From Eledone cirrhosa (lineage: Eukaryota), in contig OZ024743.1 in NCBI GenBank assembly GCA_964016885.1, positions 33,046,001 to 33,110,000 of the forward strand: DNA of 64,000 nt, read 5' to 3'. Of the stretch, positions 26,517 through 41,638 are shown one piece after another. The first letter of the stretch is position 1. Each line of letters opens with the position of its first letter. The notes under the pieces are model-generated. The model did not search any database, had not been told where the DNA came from, and saw only the letters and a program-made list of their open reading frames with translations. Both the position numbers and the translations under genes were made by a program.

Positions 26517-26785
26517 GGCATATGGCCTAGTGGTAATGTGTTGAATTTACGGTCATAATGTTCTAGGTTCAATTCCTGGGCTGGGTTGTGTGTTGTGTTC
26601 TTGAGCAGAACACTTCATTTCAGGTTGCTCCACTATACTCAGCTGAAAATGAGTACCAGCAATAACTGGGGGTTTAACCCTGTGATGTACTGGCGTCTTG
26701 TCCAAGAGGGAGTCTTGTACTCTCAGTCACTTCACACCATGAAACTGGGATAAGCACCGGCCTAACGAGCCTTCTGGCTTACAAA
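26517..26785 (+). mobile_element. tRNA-derived SINE, family B
   Basis: A-box tggcctagtgg and B-box ggttcaattcc. Other copies at 32638-32780 (+), 35085-35310 (-) and 15285-15410 (-). Confidence 0.75.
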
Positions 26786-27527
26786 AGATTTTTAGATATT
26801 AGATTTTTTAGATCTACTATCCATCACTACTCTGTAAGGTGCTACTTAGGTGGTAAGTTGTCCTTTACTGTTGTGTATGGTACTCCATTGCTGATCAGCT
26901 GTCCATCACCATGTCTGTTACACCATAGCTTGTCTGCTGTCTATCACTGTGTATTGTAATATTTATTTGATCTTCTATCCCTCTCTATGTATGGTACTCC
27001 ATATTTGGTTTACTGTTTATCACTGCAATGCCTAGTGTGAGAAACAGTAACACTGCAACTTTGGGCTATGTTGGCTGGCTGTATTCTTGACAACCACTGT
27101 AAATAGTTGCCAGTATTATGCTTCTCTCAATTAGCTCTTCTAAACTCCTATTTCAGTTCTTCTGCTTTAGAAACCACTGTTGCCTATTAATATAGCATTG
27201 TTCTGAATCACTGATTGGTTTGAAAGGTATTAATATAGGCTCAGCTGTTGACACCAGTTTGTCTGAATAGATGAACATGATGGCCTGTTATTTAATTGGT
27301 CTAAAATTATTGATGGTGGCCGCTGTTATTTAATGCTGTTGTCATGAAAGCTGCTGCTAATGAGTTGTGCACACCAGTGATTGGTCCTAAACGTGATGAT
27401 GTAGGTTAATATCAACATATTCCAGTTTGATAGCAGACATGGCTGTCAATGAAATCCAACTGCAAATTTGTAGATTTACATTCATATCACTGACATGGAT
27501 ATCATGAACATAATGGCTCCTGATATA

Positions 27528-27900
27528 GGCACAAGGCCAACAATTTTGTGGCAGGAGGAAATCTATTAAATTGGCCCCAGTGCATTACTGGTTCTTTACT
27601 TTATCGACCCCATAAAGATGAAAGGTAAAGTTAACCTCAATGGGATTTGAACTCAGAACATAAAGGGATATAACTATATGCCACAATAGCCAATCCACCA
27701 CCCTGGATATCATAAACTTAATAACATGAAATATTACCTATAGTGGTGAATTAGCTGAGTCATTGCAATGTTGGATAGAATAATTTGTGGAATATGTTCC
27801 AGATTCCTTCACTCTGAATTCAAAATCACTGAGGTCACATTTGCCTGTCATTCTTTTGAGGTCAATAAAAACAATTATCAGTCCAGTACTCAGGTTGATT
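27528..27900. mobile_element. Head-to-head pair of diverged family-A-like SINEs
   Basis: 27528-27700 (-) and 27740-27900 (+) both carry the gaattcaaa/ctttgcctttcat-type core. Confidence 0.6.
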
Positions 27901-27901
27901 C

Positions 27902-28017
<116 letters not shown>

Positions 28018-28163
28018 TGGAAGAAATTGACTGAGTTTAGACTTGGAGAGGGATTTGGCTCTGCCAGGTTTAAAATGCACATGATATATTATCATTTAGT
28101 TTTTGGTTCATTTAGCAGAGTCCATTCAGAGTCCAACCAGGTCTCTAGTGTAAGAATACTATC

Positions 28164-28200
<37 letters not shown>

Positions 28201-29400
28201 AATTATTGTGTACAGTGCTCAGGTGCACTACAACTCTTCAAAGGTGCATGTATAGTAAATAGAATAACGTTCAAATGTCAGGAAAATCTTTCCTCTCTCT
28301 TTCTCATCAGTCTTGAATGCCCCTGAATGGCTAATTGATAAAAGAAAATATTATATTAGATATTAAATTTGATGTCTATTAATTTTGTTGAGAATATATC
28401 TTATACACTAAGAAATACTTCCTATTGACTAAAGACTTATAAGAAATAGTTGCTAAATTAATAAATAATATTATTTTATGAAAGCATGATATGTATGAAT
28501 GGACCAATAAGGAGGAGAATCTACATGGTCACTTGGTCTGCTTCAAATAGCAGCCACATCTCTCATATAGCATCTTACCATCTTAAAAAAGGAAGGAAAC
28601 ATCTGATATTGTAGTCCTTGATACATTATATCTGGAATGTCTTTGATTATAGATTTACTTGCTCTGGCCTGATCTGGGGCTAAACAACTTCAACGATAGG
28701 TATTGAAATGACAATCATATTTCTTGTTTCCTATAAAACTGAAATGATTTTTACTGTTGACTAAATCTTGATGTAGGCCTCCGAGTTCCAGTACTCTTTA
28801 AAGAATTATGAATTTTCATGCAGTAGTTATTGGTAGTATCTATAAACCATCAAGTATGTTATAGAAAATATTATTGGCATCAATACTTGCTCATTTCATC
28901 TGATACTGTATTATAAATGTCTAGATCCACTTAGCAAAGGCCTTTCACTTTTACTGTTTGAATTCCTTACCAATGCCAGCTAAGTAAACTGTAAATTTGT
29001 AATCATACTTGATTAAAGTCTATTCTGAAACCAATCAGGTTTTAATGGCTGATTTTAAGACTCTAATGAACCAACTGCACAGTTTTGTTCTTTTAAATGG
29101 ATGTTCTTTGATATAAACTTGGCAGAATCGTTACGGAGGTTTTTCCTACATATATTAGGGAAAAAATGAGAGAAAATTTTGCTTTTTCCTTAGTCACAAA
29201 TTTACTTGCTTACATAAGAAGAATATTTTGAGACCTGGCCGAGCCACATGATTTGGACAGTAATCAATTACCCATTTGCAGACTTTATCGATGTGAAACT
29301 TTGTGGAAAGATAATATATATTCTAGTATATAAGATGTGTGTGCATGTGAAATACATGTGCATGTGCACGTAGATATATTATGTGTTTATATATAACTGC

Positions 29401-29447
<47 letters not shown>

Positions 29448-29969
29448 TGTAGATATGTGTGTGTGTAAGTGTAAATATATATTATCATTTTTGTTTAATA
29501 TCCAATTCCCCTGATTTCCTGGTAGCAAGGTTTAGACATGTTATCCAACATGTCAGTACTCAAGCAGAGCTCTTTCTGACCACCAGATGGTCCTATGACT
29601 TGATATATTGTCTCATACTCTAGTGAGTGCATTTTATTGTGGCACCAGCACTAAGTAAGTTATCATAACTTTGACATAGCTGAAGAGACTTCACAATCCT
29701 TTCATTGTTAGGTTTTCTACAACTGGATGCCTATCACCAAGCACTTTACAATGTTAACGGGTGCATTTATCATGTAAATCACCAGCATTATGTCATGTCT
29801 ATCACACAACTGAAGAATCCATCTGACTCTACATATTATGGCTAAGTGATGAGTCTTGGTTCTCTCTAGTTTCACCTGTTTACTAGCAGAATCATTAGAG
29901 AAGAAAATTATTAAACTCTACTTTGGTATTGAGTTCTCATTCTCATGTCCATCAACATTATATATATAC

Positions 29970-30138
29970 AGGGCGGTGGTTTGGCAGTATCAGTAGAGGG
30001 TCAGATGCCATGCTTTGATGCATAGAGTTACGGCCCTTGCCATTCTGAGTTCAAATCCTGCCAAGGTTAACTTTGCCTTTCATCCTTACAGGGTTGATAA
30101 AATAAAGTACCAGTAATTCACTGGGTAATTGCTGGCCT
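29970..30138 (+). mobile_element. tRNA-derived SINE, family A
   Basis: gggcggtgg head, gagttcaaatcc B-box and gcctttcatcc...gataaaataaagtaccag core. Confidence 0.8.
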
Positions 30139-33100
30139 AGTCTGTATGTGAACTTAAAATACGTGGATTTGGTTTAACACATGTTGAAAAAATATTAAAA
30201 ATTCACTTTGCACAAATAACGCTATAACACAGAAAATTAGACTTGAATTATATGAATTTGCTTTATGCGCCACGTTCATGAATGCATCTTCACTTATATA
30301 TATATACTGTATATGCACACTGTATATATGTATATATATAAATCATCAGGTATATATATATACCTGATGATTTTTCCCGAATGAAACAGTTCTAGTCCTG
30401 TAGAAATCATTTCTATATTAAATATTTTATACTCTGCTATGTACTGAATACCTTACTTACTGAGGTTACCCACGATTGAACCTGTGATAAACTTATATAT
30501 ATATATATATACATTTAGGTTTGTTGAAATTCTCATAGTATAATAAACATCTAAGGAATTACACCAGTCCAGCCTCCTGTTATTTTATAATATATATATA
30601 TATATGTACAAGCCTTATTTATTTAACTAGTCCTGTTTCCTCCTTTTTATAATCATACTGTTTTTTTTAGTTTATCCTCTTTATAATCCATATCACTTAC
30701 TTCCAAGTTTTTCTAACATAACCTCTTCTCTACCTACTTAAAACTTGATATAATAGATTGTTGCTTTCTTATTTAGTGCAGTATTTAACTGACTGTATAG
30801 TTGAAGTATTCTCTGATCCAAATATTCACTCAATGAAAATATGGGACTCTATATATCAATATTACTGTTTTCAAATGATCCATTCTTAATGTGTAGCAAC
30901 ATATAATGTATACTGTTAAGTATAGATACTAAAAGGTGTTTTTTTTACACATATTAGACGTGTTTGTGCTGAAGCTGTACATATGATAACGCAGTATCGA
31001 AATTGATCCATTCTTTCTCACCTTTTACTAAATAGGTGACTTAAACTGCACTTAAAACTGAAATCAATTGAGGCAGCGTTATAAAGGGTTTCACAGAGTT
31101 TCAACAGTCAAAATTTCCACCATTTCTAACAATAATCTAAATTAATAATCAATACATAGAATTAACCCAATTTTCAATGTTTTTGTTTCATTTTTCTTTT
31201 CTTCTAATGAAATGGTAATTCATCAGATAGATCTTTTCTTGGGATTATATTAGTTTGTTTATGCTTTTTATGTAAAACATGAAGCTTTTGATAATTACAA
31301 AAATATAATTTTAATCATGCTGACCTACAAGAATAACGAAAAAGAATCAAAATAATAACTATAATAATTAATTGCTATAGCAATTAATTATACAACAACC
31401 AGCCAACATTTTAAGATCATTTGTTATGTTAAAGAAGAGCTTAACCTTGCAGGACTTCATGTTTATTATGGGGTTCTTTTTGAGGCAATGTTTTCCAGCC
31501 AGTTGCCCTTCCTGGTATCGACCATTTTATTCACCTCTTAAGACATGCAGGGATACAGTATTCTCAACCAGATATATATGTAGCATAAATTAATGAGTGT
31601 ATTAAAGTATTTCTTATTGTATCAATCTAATGAAAGACTGAACGAAGAATGTGACCAGAGAAGGAGAAATTTACTCCTACACAATGGCTTGCTATTGAAA
31701 CTTGGCTTGTACTATTGCATAAATAAATTAAGAATGTGAAGGCAGGATAATGTTACATTGGATTTTAATGTAGAACTGCTAAAATATTGAAGCATTAAAT
31801 GTTTTAGTGTCACTTCAGTCATTTTCATCTTTTAGTAATCTGCCAAATTATACAAAAAAAAAACACCTTTCCCTTGATAACTAGCATAATAGTGCTACTG
31901 CCACCAGTTACAATGCTAACAAGATGTACTTGTGAGGAGAAATCACCATGATCTCAATCATAGGGATCAAAATATGATAGCATCATAGCATCATAGTGAA
32001 GTTAATGACAAAAGAGTTGAGTTATTAATGGATGATGTCTTGGTGTGATATTTGTAAGAAAAGAACAAAAGTGTAAAAAAATTACAAACAAAAAGCAACT
32101 TTGTTACATTATATGCATTAAGAAAGTTAGTTTTTCATGGCACATACATAGCTGTGTTCAGGTAATCTGTGGAGGTGTTTAAAGTAGATTAAACTGTGTG
32201 TCAAAGTAAAAAATAAAATAAAGTACAACTAAGTGTCCAACAAAAATTAATCCTAAGTCCATCCTAAATCTGGCTAGAAAATATTTCAGTTTTCAACAGT
32301 TGTTAACTCTAGAAAGCTTAAATGAGACCTACAAGGAAATACTGCAACCATATCTGAGAACTTTAGACTGGATTTGAAAATGAAAAGCCACATCATCAAC
32401 ACACTCTACTCTCTTGCCTACAGACATGGTGTTTTTTCTCCATTCTGACTTTTGGGTAGTTTTGAGCCATTTCTACGCCCCCCCCCCCTCCCCCCGACTC
32501 ATTGGTCTATCCTATTTTCATCACCCATACTATTTCTATCCCCTCCAACTCCACACTAATATCAGCAATCCTCACTCCACAACATTATCAGCTCTTTAGA
32601 ATTCCTTTGCAACCTATTTTATTTTTACAGTTGATGGAGGTACATGGCTTAGTGGTTAGAGCATTGCCCTTGCAATCGAAAGGTTGTGAGTTCAATTCTC
32701 AGACCGGGTGATGTGTTGTTTCCTTGAGAAAGACACTATTTCACATTGCTCCAGTTTACTCAGCTGTAGAAATGAGATGATAGGGACTATGGACTGGAGT
32801 CCCTATCATTCCACTGCAAAGTGGTCGTGGAGGTGCTACAGCAAAAAAGCACCCAGCACTCACTGTAAATGAGGTTGGTGTTAGGAAGGGCATCCATCTG
32901 TAGAAATCAAGCCAGAATCAGTTCCCATCCCACCCTTGCAAGCAGGGAAAAGCGGACGTAAAATGATGATGATCAGATGAACATTGATCTTGCTAATCTC
33001 AAAGTTCCTTCAAGTCCCTTCCTTCGGAACAAACCCTTGCAAAATTGAAACCTAAAAAGCATTTTTTTTTCTTTGTTATCTGAGGTCTCAGATGATGCCT

Positions 33101-34282
33101 GTGAGGGTGCCTGATTATTTCAGTGCCTTAGCCTCGCCATCACCCATGGCAATGCTGCATGTCAGCTTGCTTCAAAGTGTGTAGTTAACAGGTGTGACGT
33201 GCGCCCAATTGTCGCACTTAGTGGTTTATTTCCTCCTCCCACCTTTTGTTTTCTTTTATTATTATTGTTGAATGAATTATATTATTATATTTTTATACAC
33301 CTTGGAAATAAATTTCATTTAATTACAATGTCACTTTCATATAATAAATAAACTACATTAAAAAATAAAAGTGTCACGATTTCATATTAAAAACTTTCAG
33401 GTTGCAATTAGAATAGTAATGAAGAATTTACTGGTGCTTTAACCCTTTCATTACCATGTTTTTAATGAAAGATACTACCTATAATTTCGAAAATAATCAA
33501 GAATTTGGGAGGATTTTATAATAAGATTAATTCTCTCATTATTAAGCTAGTGTTTGGATCAGCACTTAAAGGTTCTTACATAAAAAAATATGTTTTTTGA
33601 ATAAATATGAACTGTTTTGTCTCACAGAAAAAGGGACGGTTTCAAGAAGTTTGATATCAAGGCTGACATTTGGTATGTTGTGGGTTCAGAAATTATAGAA
33701 TAATTCAGTATTGTAAACCCAACTAGATCATATACACATGAAACAAACAAACATTTGGGTGCTAATATGATGATGATAATGGATTAAATGGATTGTAATT
33801 GAAATGCAGTTATCAGTAGTTGAGAAGAGATAAAAATATTAGTTTGTCAAAATTATTCTCCCAAAACCAAAGAATAAATAAAAGTTTCCAGATGTTAATT
33901 AATGGAAAAAGAAAAGAGAATTGGATTAGGAAAAATTAAAATGAAATGAAGGCTATTATTTCTAAATAGCAACTATTCTGTCACTTAATTTGTTTCAATG
34001 TAGGTTTCAGAAAGATTATAGCAGGTATAATTTCGTTAATAGTTGTGCCATGCTATCATTAAATAAATATTAATCTTTAAGCAGTATTGCAGGTTTTAGT
34101 ATTCACTGCCACTACTATAATATCAATGTTGCAGCTATATAGAAGATTTGCCTTTGAAGATAAAGGATTTGTAATTCTAATTATTCTGAGAACATTATTG
34201 TTAATAATTGCCTTTTCACTCATTATACTCTTAATTTTCTGTTATTTGGCTTATTTATACTCTTACCATCATCCATCATACC

Positions 34283-34349
<67 letters not shown>

Positions 34350-35640
34350 TCTTTGTCTCTGTCTCTATATATATATACCTCTTTGTCTCTCTCTATCTAT
34401 ATATATACCTCTTTGTCTCTCTCTCTATCTCTATATATATGTATGTCTGCCTATCACCCTATCCATATCTCCCTTTCTCTCTCACCCTCTCTTTCCATCT
34501 CCTCCTCTCACATAACATATATTTATCCCGTATTATGCCCCACACTTGATAACTGTGGCTTTATAGTCAAGGATAGGTTTACAATCAACATTTTAGTTAT
34601 ATAGTGTGTGATTAATGTTGTAAGAATATATTTCTCCTAATGAGAAGACAATTATAATGTATAATTACTAAAACCAATATCATACTTATTAGTTTTTATT
34701 AGATAGCTTAAGGGGAGCTCAGCAAATATAATGTTTTAGGTTAATGTTGATCAGACAGTAAATTGTTAGCACCAGAAAATGAAAATGATATGAAGTATGA
34801 CAGACTGTGGCTAATTTCCTCGTTGTTGTATGCAACTCACAATAGTGCTTAGTTCACAATAAATGTGTGTTCATGAATATTAATTTGTCTTTATTTCCTT
34901 TTTACAGTTTAGTCAGAGAAGGAAATAATGGGTAGTGTTAATGTCCCTCTTTAGGGCATCTAAGACTGGTGGAAGAGAGGGAGGAAGGTATGCTCAAACC
35001 TAAAAACATGATTTGAATGCTTGCAATAGAGTAGTCTCCAGTAAAACTGCTCAAGGGCCCTGTCTAAAGTCTGTCAAAAGCCAGAAGGCTTGTTAGGCCA
35101 GTGCTTATCTCAGTTTCAAGGCGTGAAGCAACTGAGAGTACAAGACTTCCCCTAGACAGGACACCCGTCCATCGAAGGGTTTAACCCTCATCTATTGCTG
35201 GTACACATTTTCAGCTTAGTATACTGGAGCAATATGAAATGAAGTGTTTTGCTCAAGAACATAACACACAACCCAGCCCAACACCCTTACCATTAGGCCA
35301 CGTGCCTCCAAGGTCCCTGTGGTGGTGCTAATCTAAGTGCTGAATTAAGTCTACCACTCAAGTGAGCCACAGTCATATTTGATTTCAGAGTACTAAGACC
35401 TGGAGGAAATACTGCAAAGCTTCCCATCTGATGCTCTATCAAATCTGCTTTGGACTTTATTTTATCAACCCTGAAAAGAAGAAAACCACATTTGAACTCA
35501 AAGTGCAGAGAACCAGAACAAATACTGCAGAACATTTTGCTCTAATTACTCTACCAATTCACTATCTCTAATGCTAATATCATTAAATGCTTCAAAATAT
35601 AGCATATGAAGTTGATTAGCCTAAGTGACGATATAGTCTC

Positions 35641-36383
35641 ATCATCATCATCATCATCAGCGTTTAACGTCCGTGTTCCACGCTTGCATGGGTTTGGACG
35701 GGGGTAGTCCCACTTGAGGCAAGAGTGATTGTCTTGCTCGCATAGGACTGTCTGGCAGGTTTTCTACAGTTGGATGCCCTTCCTAACACCAACCACATTT
35801 ACAGTGTGGGTCTGGGAGGTTTTTACCGTGTTGCCTACACGGCCACATTACAGCGTGGACTGTGTGTTTTTTTGTCGTGACACCTACACGATCTCATTAG
35901 TTTCGGCCTCGATGGCGCGGCACCAACATAACTTTACATAGAACGGGGTGGTGTGGATCGGGTGGGGGTGGTGGGACGGGGTGTATTTGTTAGAGATGCC
36001 TACTGGCTGGAGTAGGTTTTACTATATATTTAGGTAAGGCGGGTCTTCTCTGTTACTGAGTACCGCCAAAGGTCTCGGTCCAGTGACATTGTCTTGGAGA
36101 GGTGTAAGTGTGTGATGTCGGAGTTTATCAGCTCGTCCCAGGTTTTTCTAGGTCTGCCTATTCCGTGACTACCGTCTATCTTTATTGCCCTGCACTTTGT
36201 TATACAGCTATCGACTTTCATGCGCATCACGTGTCCATACCAACGTAGCCTTCTCTCGAGTAAACAACATCTGATCCCTCTTATCTCTAATTTATTCCTT
36301 AGTTCGTTTATGCTTTGCCGTTCACGTATATTACTGTTACACATCCAGCGGAGCATGCAAGCTTCGTTCCTCTCTAGTCTGCG
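35641..36383 (-). mobile_element. 5'-truncated copy of the PHD-RTE family (ORF end + 3' UTR + (GAT)n tail)
   Basis: ORF 36030-36356 is nearly identical to the C-terminus of 55936-58785 (MLRWMCNSNIRERQ...EKTRLT). Confidence 0.92.
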
Positions 36384-37248
36384 TTATCACCTTGCAGTGT
36401 CAGTGTAATATACTAACAACTACATAGGGTGTAGAATGCAACTCTATTGTAACATGATTGGATGACTGACTACAGAGGGAGTATATGAATAAGTCTTATG
36501 GCTTGATAGTCTCATTGAAACTGGTGATGTGGCACATGTTGAAGAAAAGTAATGTGGTAGTGCTATACCTTATTGTAACATGGTGTATGCAAGTGTTATT
36601 TACCATACTTCATGTCAACCTATGGAAATTGCTTGGCTGACTATGCATATATGTATATATTGTATGGGTGGGTTAGAATTAAAAAACTTGGACTGTGTTT
36701 ATTTGCACTGAGATATATATTTTTTTTTCATTCTACGTATTTTATTCCAAGCAACAGAGAAGTTATTATGTCTTTGGCCAGACTAAAGAGTCCACCACAG
36801 TTTTAAAAGTATTAATTACTGAATATATTTACTATTTCACTCTATCAATATTCGCATAAATAATTAGGGTTACTCTTTTTAATTGTAGAGTAATATGTTT
36901 TCAATTATTTTCAGAAAGATTAGAAAATATTGGATAAATTATAAGAAGTAATGTACTTTAGGATTCACCATATGAACCCAGTAACTCTTTTGAAACTACC
37001 TGAAACTGCTCAATGTTCTATGATACAGACCTGTTTATTCTAACCCTTTAGTATTCAAACCGGCCAAAACCGGTCAGAATTCTCTACCTCTTTCTGTTGA
37101 AATTAGTTGTAACTGGTCGCTCAAACTGATGTTAAGGTATTGTTCTCAAAATAAATACTTTCAAAATCTCATAGATTCGATATTATGTGAGATAATTATG
37201 TGAGATAAAGCCTTTACCATGAAAATATAATAGCATATATAAAATAAT

Positions 37249-37433
37249 TGTTTCCACTTTAGGCACAAGGCCAGCAATTACCCAGAACATTACTGGTACT
37301 TTATTTTATCGACCCTGTAAGGATGAAAGGCAAAGTCAATCTCGGCAGGATTTGAACTCAGATCGTAAAGGGACGTAACTATGCTGGAAAGCATGGCATC
37401 CGACCCTCTACCGATACTGCCAATCCACCGCCC
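37249..37433 (-). mobile_element. Full-length family-A SINE nested in a piggyBac-like MITE, with 18-bp TSD
   Basis: TSD tagcatatataaaataat at 37231-37248 and 37434-37451. Confidence 0.88.
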
Positions 37434-40400
37434 TAGCATATATAAAATAATGGGAAGGCTAAAGGACTAAAGCATTTATATTCATATAAAAACCTTCCAA
37501 TATAATCTTAAGAACTCTTAAGTTCCAAACACCATTTAGTTACATTACTAAATTGCTAATGTTTTATTACTATTTTCAAGATGATTTTAAAACAGTGTCT
37601 TCCATTAGAAATATGGTAAAGAAAAGATTAATAAGTAATTCACTGTTTATTTATTAACTATTTTGTGTGATTTCTTTTCAGTTTTTACTGGTAAGATTAT
37701 TGTTAAATGTAGTAGTGGAAACATTGTTACTATCACTTATTCTTATGAGGTAATAAGGTATATACTCCAGTTGTTATTGATGTTTAATCCTCATTCAGTC
37801 CTGAGCAAGCAGAACTATGGTCAAAGGCTTTCCAACTGTGGCCATCCCATCGTTTTTGTATATCAGCAATGACATTGTCTCATCTGTCTTTTCATTTTAA
37901 GGTTATAAAGTGTATTGAGGGAAATTTGGCTGCCATTTTTAGAAGGTCAAATGACCATGTAGAAGCTCCTTGTGAGCTATGGTGTTATTTTGAGGAATAT
38001 TTAGCTGGATATTGTTTTGAATGCTGGTATATTTGTTCTTGCTTGTGAGAATGAGCTCAGTTTAATTTTTCTTATATAAATCTAATATGAAATCATTTAT
38101 AAAGTTTGTGTATTTTTCTACTTTCTTCTTCTCTTCCTGCCACATCATGTCTGATGCTTGGCAAATATGCCATGAACAGTTATGACATATATGCATATAT
38201 ATGTATATTATTACTATTCATAACTTATTTTTTCATGCACAGGGTCTCATTAGCAAAGCATTACAACAAATGCTTTCCCAGGGACCACTCTATGGAGGTG
38301 AGGTTAGCTTAGTCCATAGTTTGTGCATTATTCATTGTATCAATCTCTTTGAAACACTTTTAATGGTTTTATAATGAGAGCTCCTTTGATTTTTCTCATA
38401 ACTGTTTGTGTACTTCATGGCTTGTTGAATGGAGGGTGAGAGTGGTATTTATTTGTTGGGATTTCCACATACTGATGTTGTTGTTTAGCTCCAGATCAGC
38501 ATTGATTGAGCAAAGCTATGATCAAGGACACTCTATTCATGATCAACCCATCTTTCTGTAAAAGCATGCCTTTTTAAGGTGATAGGAAGTGGTAAAAAAA
38601 CAATTTGACTACATTTTCAAAGCATTGAGGCACCCTTCTTAGATAGTTCCGTGTACAGTTTATTAGTTTGGTATAATAACTATCATATAATAGGTTTTGC
38701 CAGCATGGGTGATATTGAATAAATTGTAGGAAGATAATAGGTGTGCTCTTCAGAATAAATTAATGACAGTAATTTTGTAATTATCATTGTTAACTGTCAT
38801 GAGAATGAAGATCATGACATCCATCCTATTATAATCATCATCATCGTTTTCTTAATCATCAAAATTATCACCTCAGTAACCTCCCTCATTTTTGATCATC
38901 ATTAAGACTGCTGAATACATCAGTGATCATAACAGATTATTATTAAATATGAATAATTCATGAAGAGAGAGTTTAATTAGCTTAGATATCAAAACTAACT
39001 GATGGCTCAATTTTATATATTTTTGACCTACACATTTTAACCCTTTCATTACCATTTTTTAGTGAGAGACACAGCCTCTGGTTTTCAAATAATTATATTT
39101 TTAAATAATCAAGATTTTGGATGGAGTCAGTAATATAACTAACATTATCATTATTAAGCTGGTATTTGGAATATAACTTAACAAAGGTTTTTACATAAAA
39201 TTATGATAGATAATTATAATTTCAGATAATTATAAACAATTTAAAACAAGCAGTTTTGTATTATAGAACCAGTGGCAGATTCAGGTCATCATCATCATTA
39301 TTTTACGTTCGCTTTTCTCTGCTTTAAAGGGTGGGAGGGGTCCTATTCAGCACAGCATCTCTCCACTTATCACGGTCCTTCGTCATATGGTATGAAAAGG
39401 ATTTAAACACAAAACATGAAAGTTAAGACATTTTGTAGGCTGGCAAATTCAAAAGCTCTGCATCAGTTTATGTTTTACTGCTAAGTTTCTCCTTACCTTT
39501 AATCCAGAGATTCTGTTGGAGGATGGATATTGGCCAGTTGCTTTTAAAAATATATAATTGTTGTATATATATATATATATACACATATATATATAAACTG
39601 ATATTTCTTACGTCCAGGGCTGGTGCCTCAGTATTTAGTACATCTTAGGCTAACCCTACAATATGCACTCCCTTCTCTCAGTTATACACACCATTACCCC
39701 CAAATAAAAATAATTTCAACTTATAGTTTGGTAAGCTGACAAACCTAGTTTCTGATACATCTTGCTCTGATGACACTAAAGAAATTACTAAGCCTGCATT
39801 TCCTACTACACAGTCTGCATACATGCACACCAAATCATATGACAGATCATAACACCATATGACCCTCTCTACCATTTTGTATATTTTCACAATGTTGCAA
39901 CAGAGCAAAGACGTTTAGTTATTTATTTATTTATTTATTGATTGTAGGAAATCATTATATATTAACCCTTTAGGATTTAAATCGGCTGTATTCAACAAAA
40001 AATTCTTTCACCTTTTTGTTCACACTGGCCATTACCGGCCACTCATACTTATCTTAAGGTATTGTTCTCAAAATAGTTAATGTCAAAATCTCATAGATTA
40101 ATATTATGTGAGATAATTATGTGAAATAAAGTGTTTACCGTGAAAATACAATAGGAAATATAGAGTAATGTAAATGCTAAAAAGTTAAAGTTAATTATAC
40201 AAATTTGTATGAAACTTTGATTTGTTAATATCTAGTACTGTACCTCTCTGAGCTTTTCATCCTGGATGACTGCCTAGCAAGCTTAATAGCAGCATTGGCC
40301 CTGATTATATCTGTAATTATTTTATTAAACTTTATCAGTTCTTGTGGGTATATTAACATTCTCTGTTACTCTGATACTTTTTGTTTTTCCTCTTTATAAT

Positions 40401-40692
40401 CTACTTGTTATTCTTAACATATATTTTGATACTGTTTGTTTATTTAATATTATTTTCTGATTTTAAAATTATTTTAAAATTTTTGTTTTGTAAATGTTTT
40501 TGTTTTTTTTATTTATATATTTATCATTTTCATTATCATTTATTTTACAATTCTAATGTTATTTTTATACAAAAGAAACTTTTTTCTTTTATATAAAAAA
40601 GAAAGTTTTTCTTTTATATAAAAAAGAAAGTTTTTCTTTAAAAACGAATTCTTGATAATTGCCATTTTGTTTTTCCCCCTTTGACCATTTAG

Positions 40693-41070
40693 TCTGTGAG
40701 TGACACAGTGGCACGGTTGGTTAGAACTCTTAGCCACAACAGGGATCTGGCACAATCTGTACATGTTCACTCCTCTTGGAATCACCGTCATACCATAAGT
40801 GGCCATGAATTTTTCATGAGTTCAAGCAGTGTAAACACTACACAGACCAATACTCCTACTTCAACTACTACAGCTACTAATAGCACTTCAATGGCTCTAA
40901 CCACACATAGAACCACAAGTGCTATTACTACTACTGCCACCAACACCACAACCACCACTACCACTACAACAACAACTACTACTGATCTTAAATCTTCATC
41001 TGATGATAATTTAAGAAAATTGACTGAAGATAAAGCTTCGAGGCACAGTATCTGTGTCGATACAATCCTG
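40693..41070 (+). CDS. Probable internal coding exon of an unidentified host gene (126 codons, Thr-rich linker)
   Basis: Pyrimidine tract and ttag acceptor (AG 40691-92), and ctg|gtaggt donor. The 378-nt frame is open and phase 0/0: SVSDTVARLVRTLSHNRD...RHTISG...poly-T...KASRHSICVDTIL. Confidence 0.6.
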
Positions 41071-41536
41071 GTAGGTGAACAGCACCTTACTTTCTCCTGC
41101 CTGAGAAATATCAACATTTATTCAATAACTCTGCATTGTGGCATATGTTTACCTTACCTATCAATACCTACCAATATTATATCTGACATACCTTTACCTG
41201 ACTCACAGAATCCTTAATACGAAAACTAAAAAATTTAAAGTTTATAATAGTTAGAAGAAAAAAGAAAAGTAAGCGAAAGATGAATTGATTAATGCTAGAA
41301 ATGGATTTCCATTGTTTGGTTCTAACAAATTTTTTCACATAATATGGATTATTATTAACATGACAAAATTCTTGCCTTTTGTTTCATTGAGTTTTAAGGT
41401 GTTTGTTTGGTTTCTTTGTTTCTGTTCACTTTTCCTTATATTTCCTTTGTATTCTGTACTTGACAAAAGTATAATCAGTTCATTTCACGTTAAGTTTTTT
41501 TCTAACTATTGACATTATTAGAAGTGTTGTTGTTGT

Positions 41537-41574
<38 letters not shown>

Positions 41575-41599
41575 TCAATATTATTACCACTATCACTAT

Positions 41600-41638
<39 letters not shown>

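Noticed and set aside
26517-26590. tRNA gene
   Set aside because: The A/B boxes continue into a repeated SINE body and no complete cloverleaf forms.
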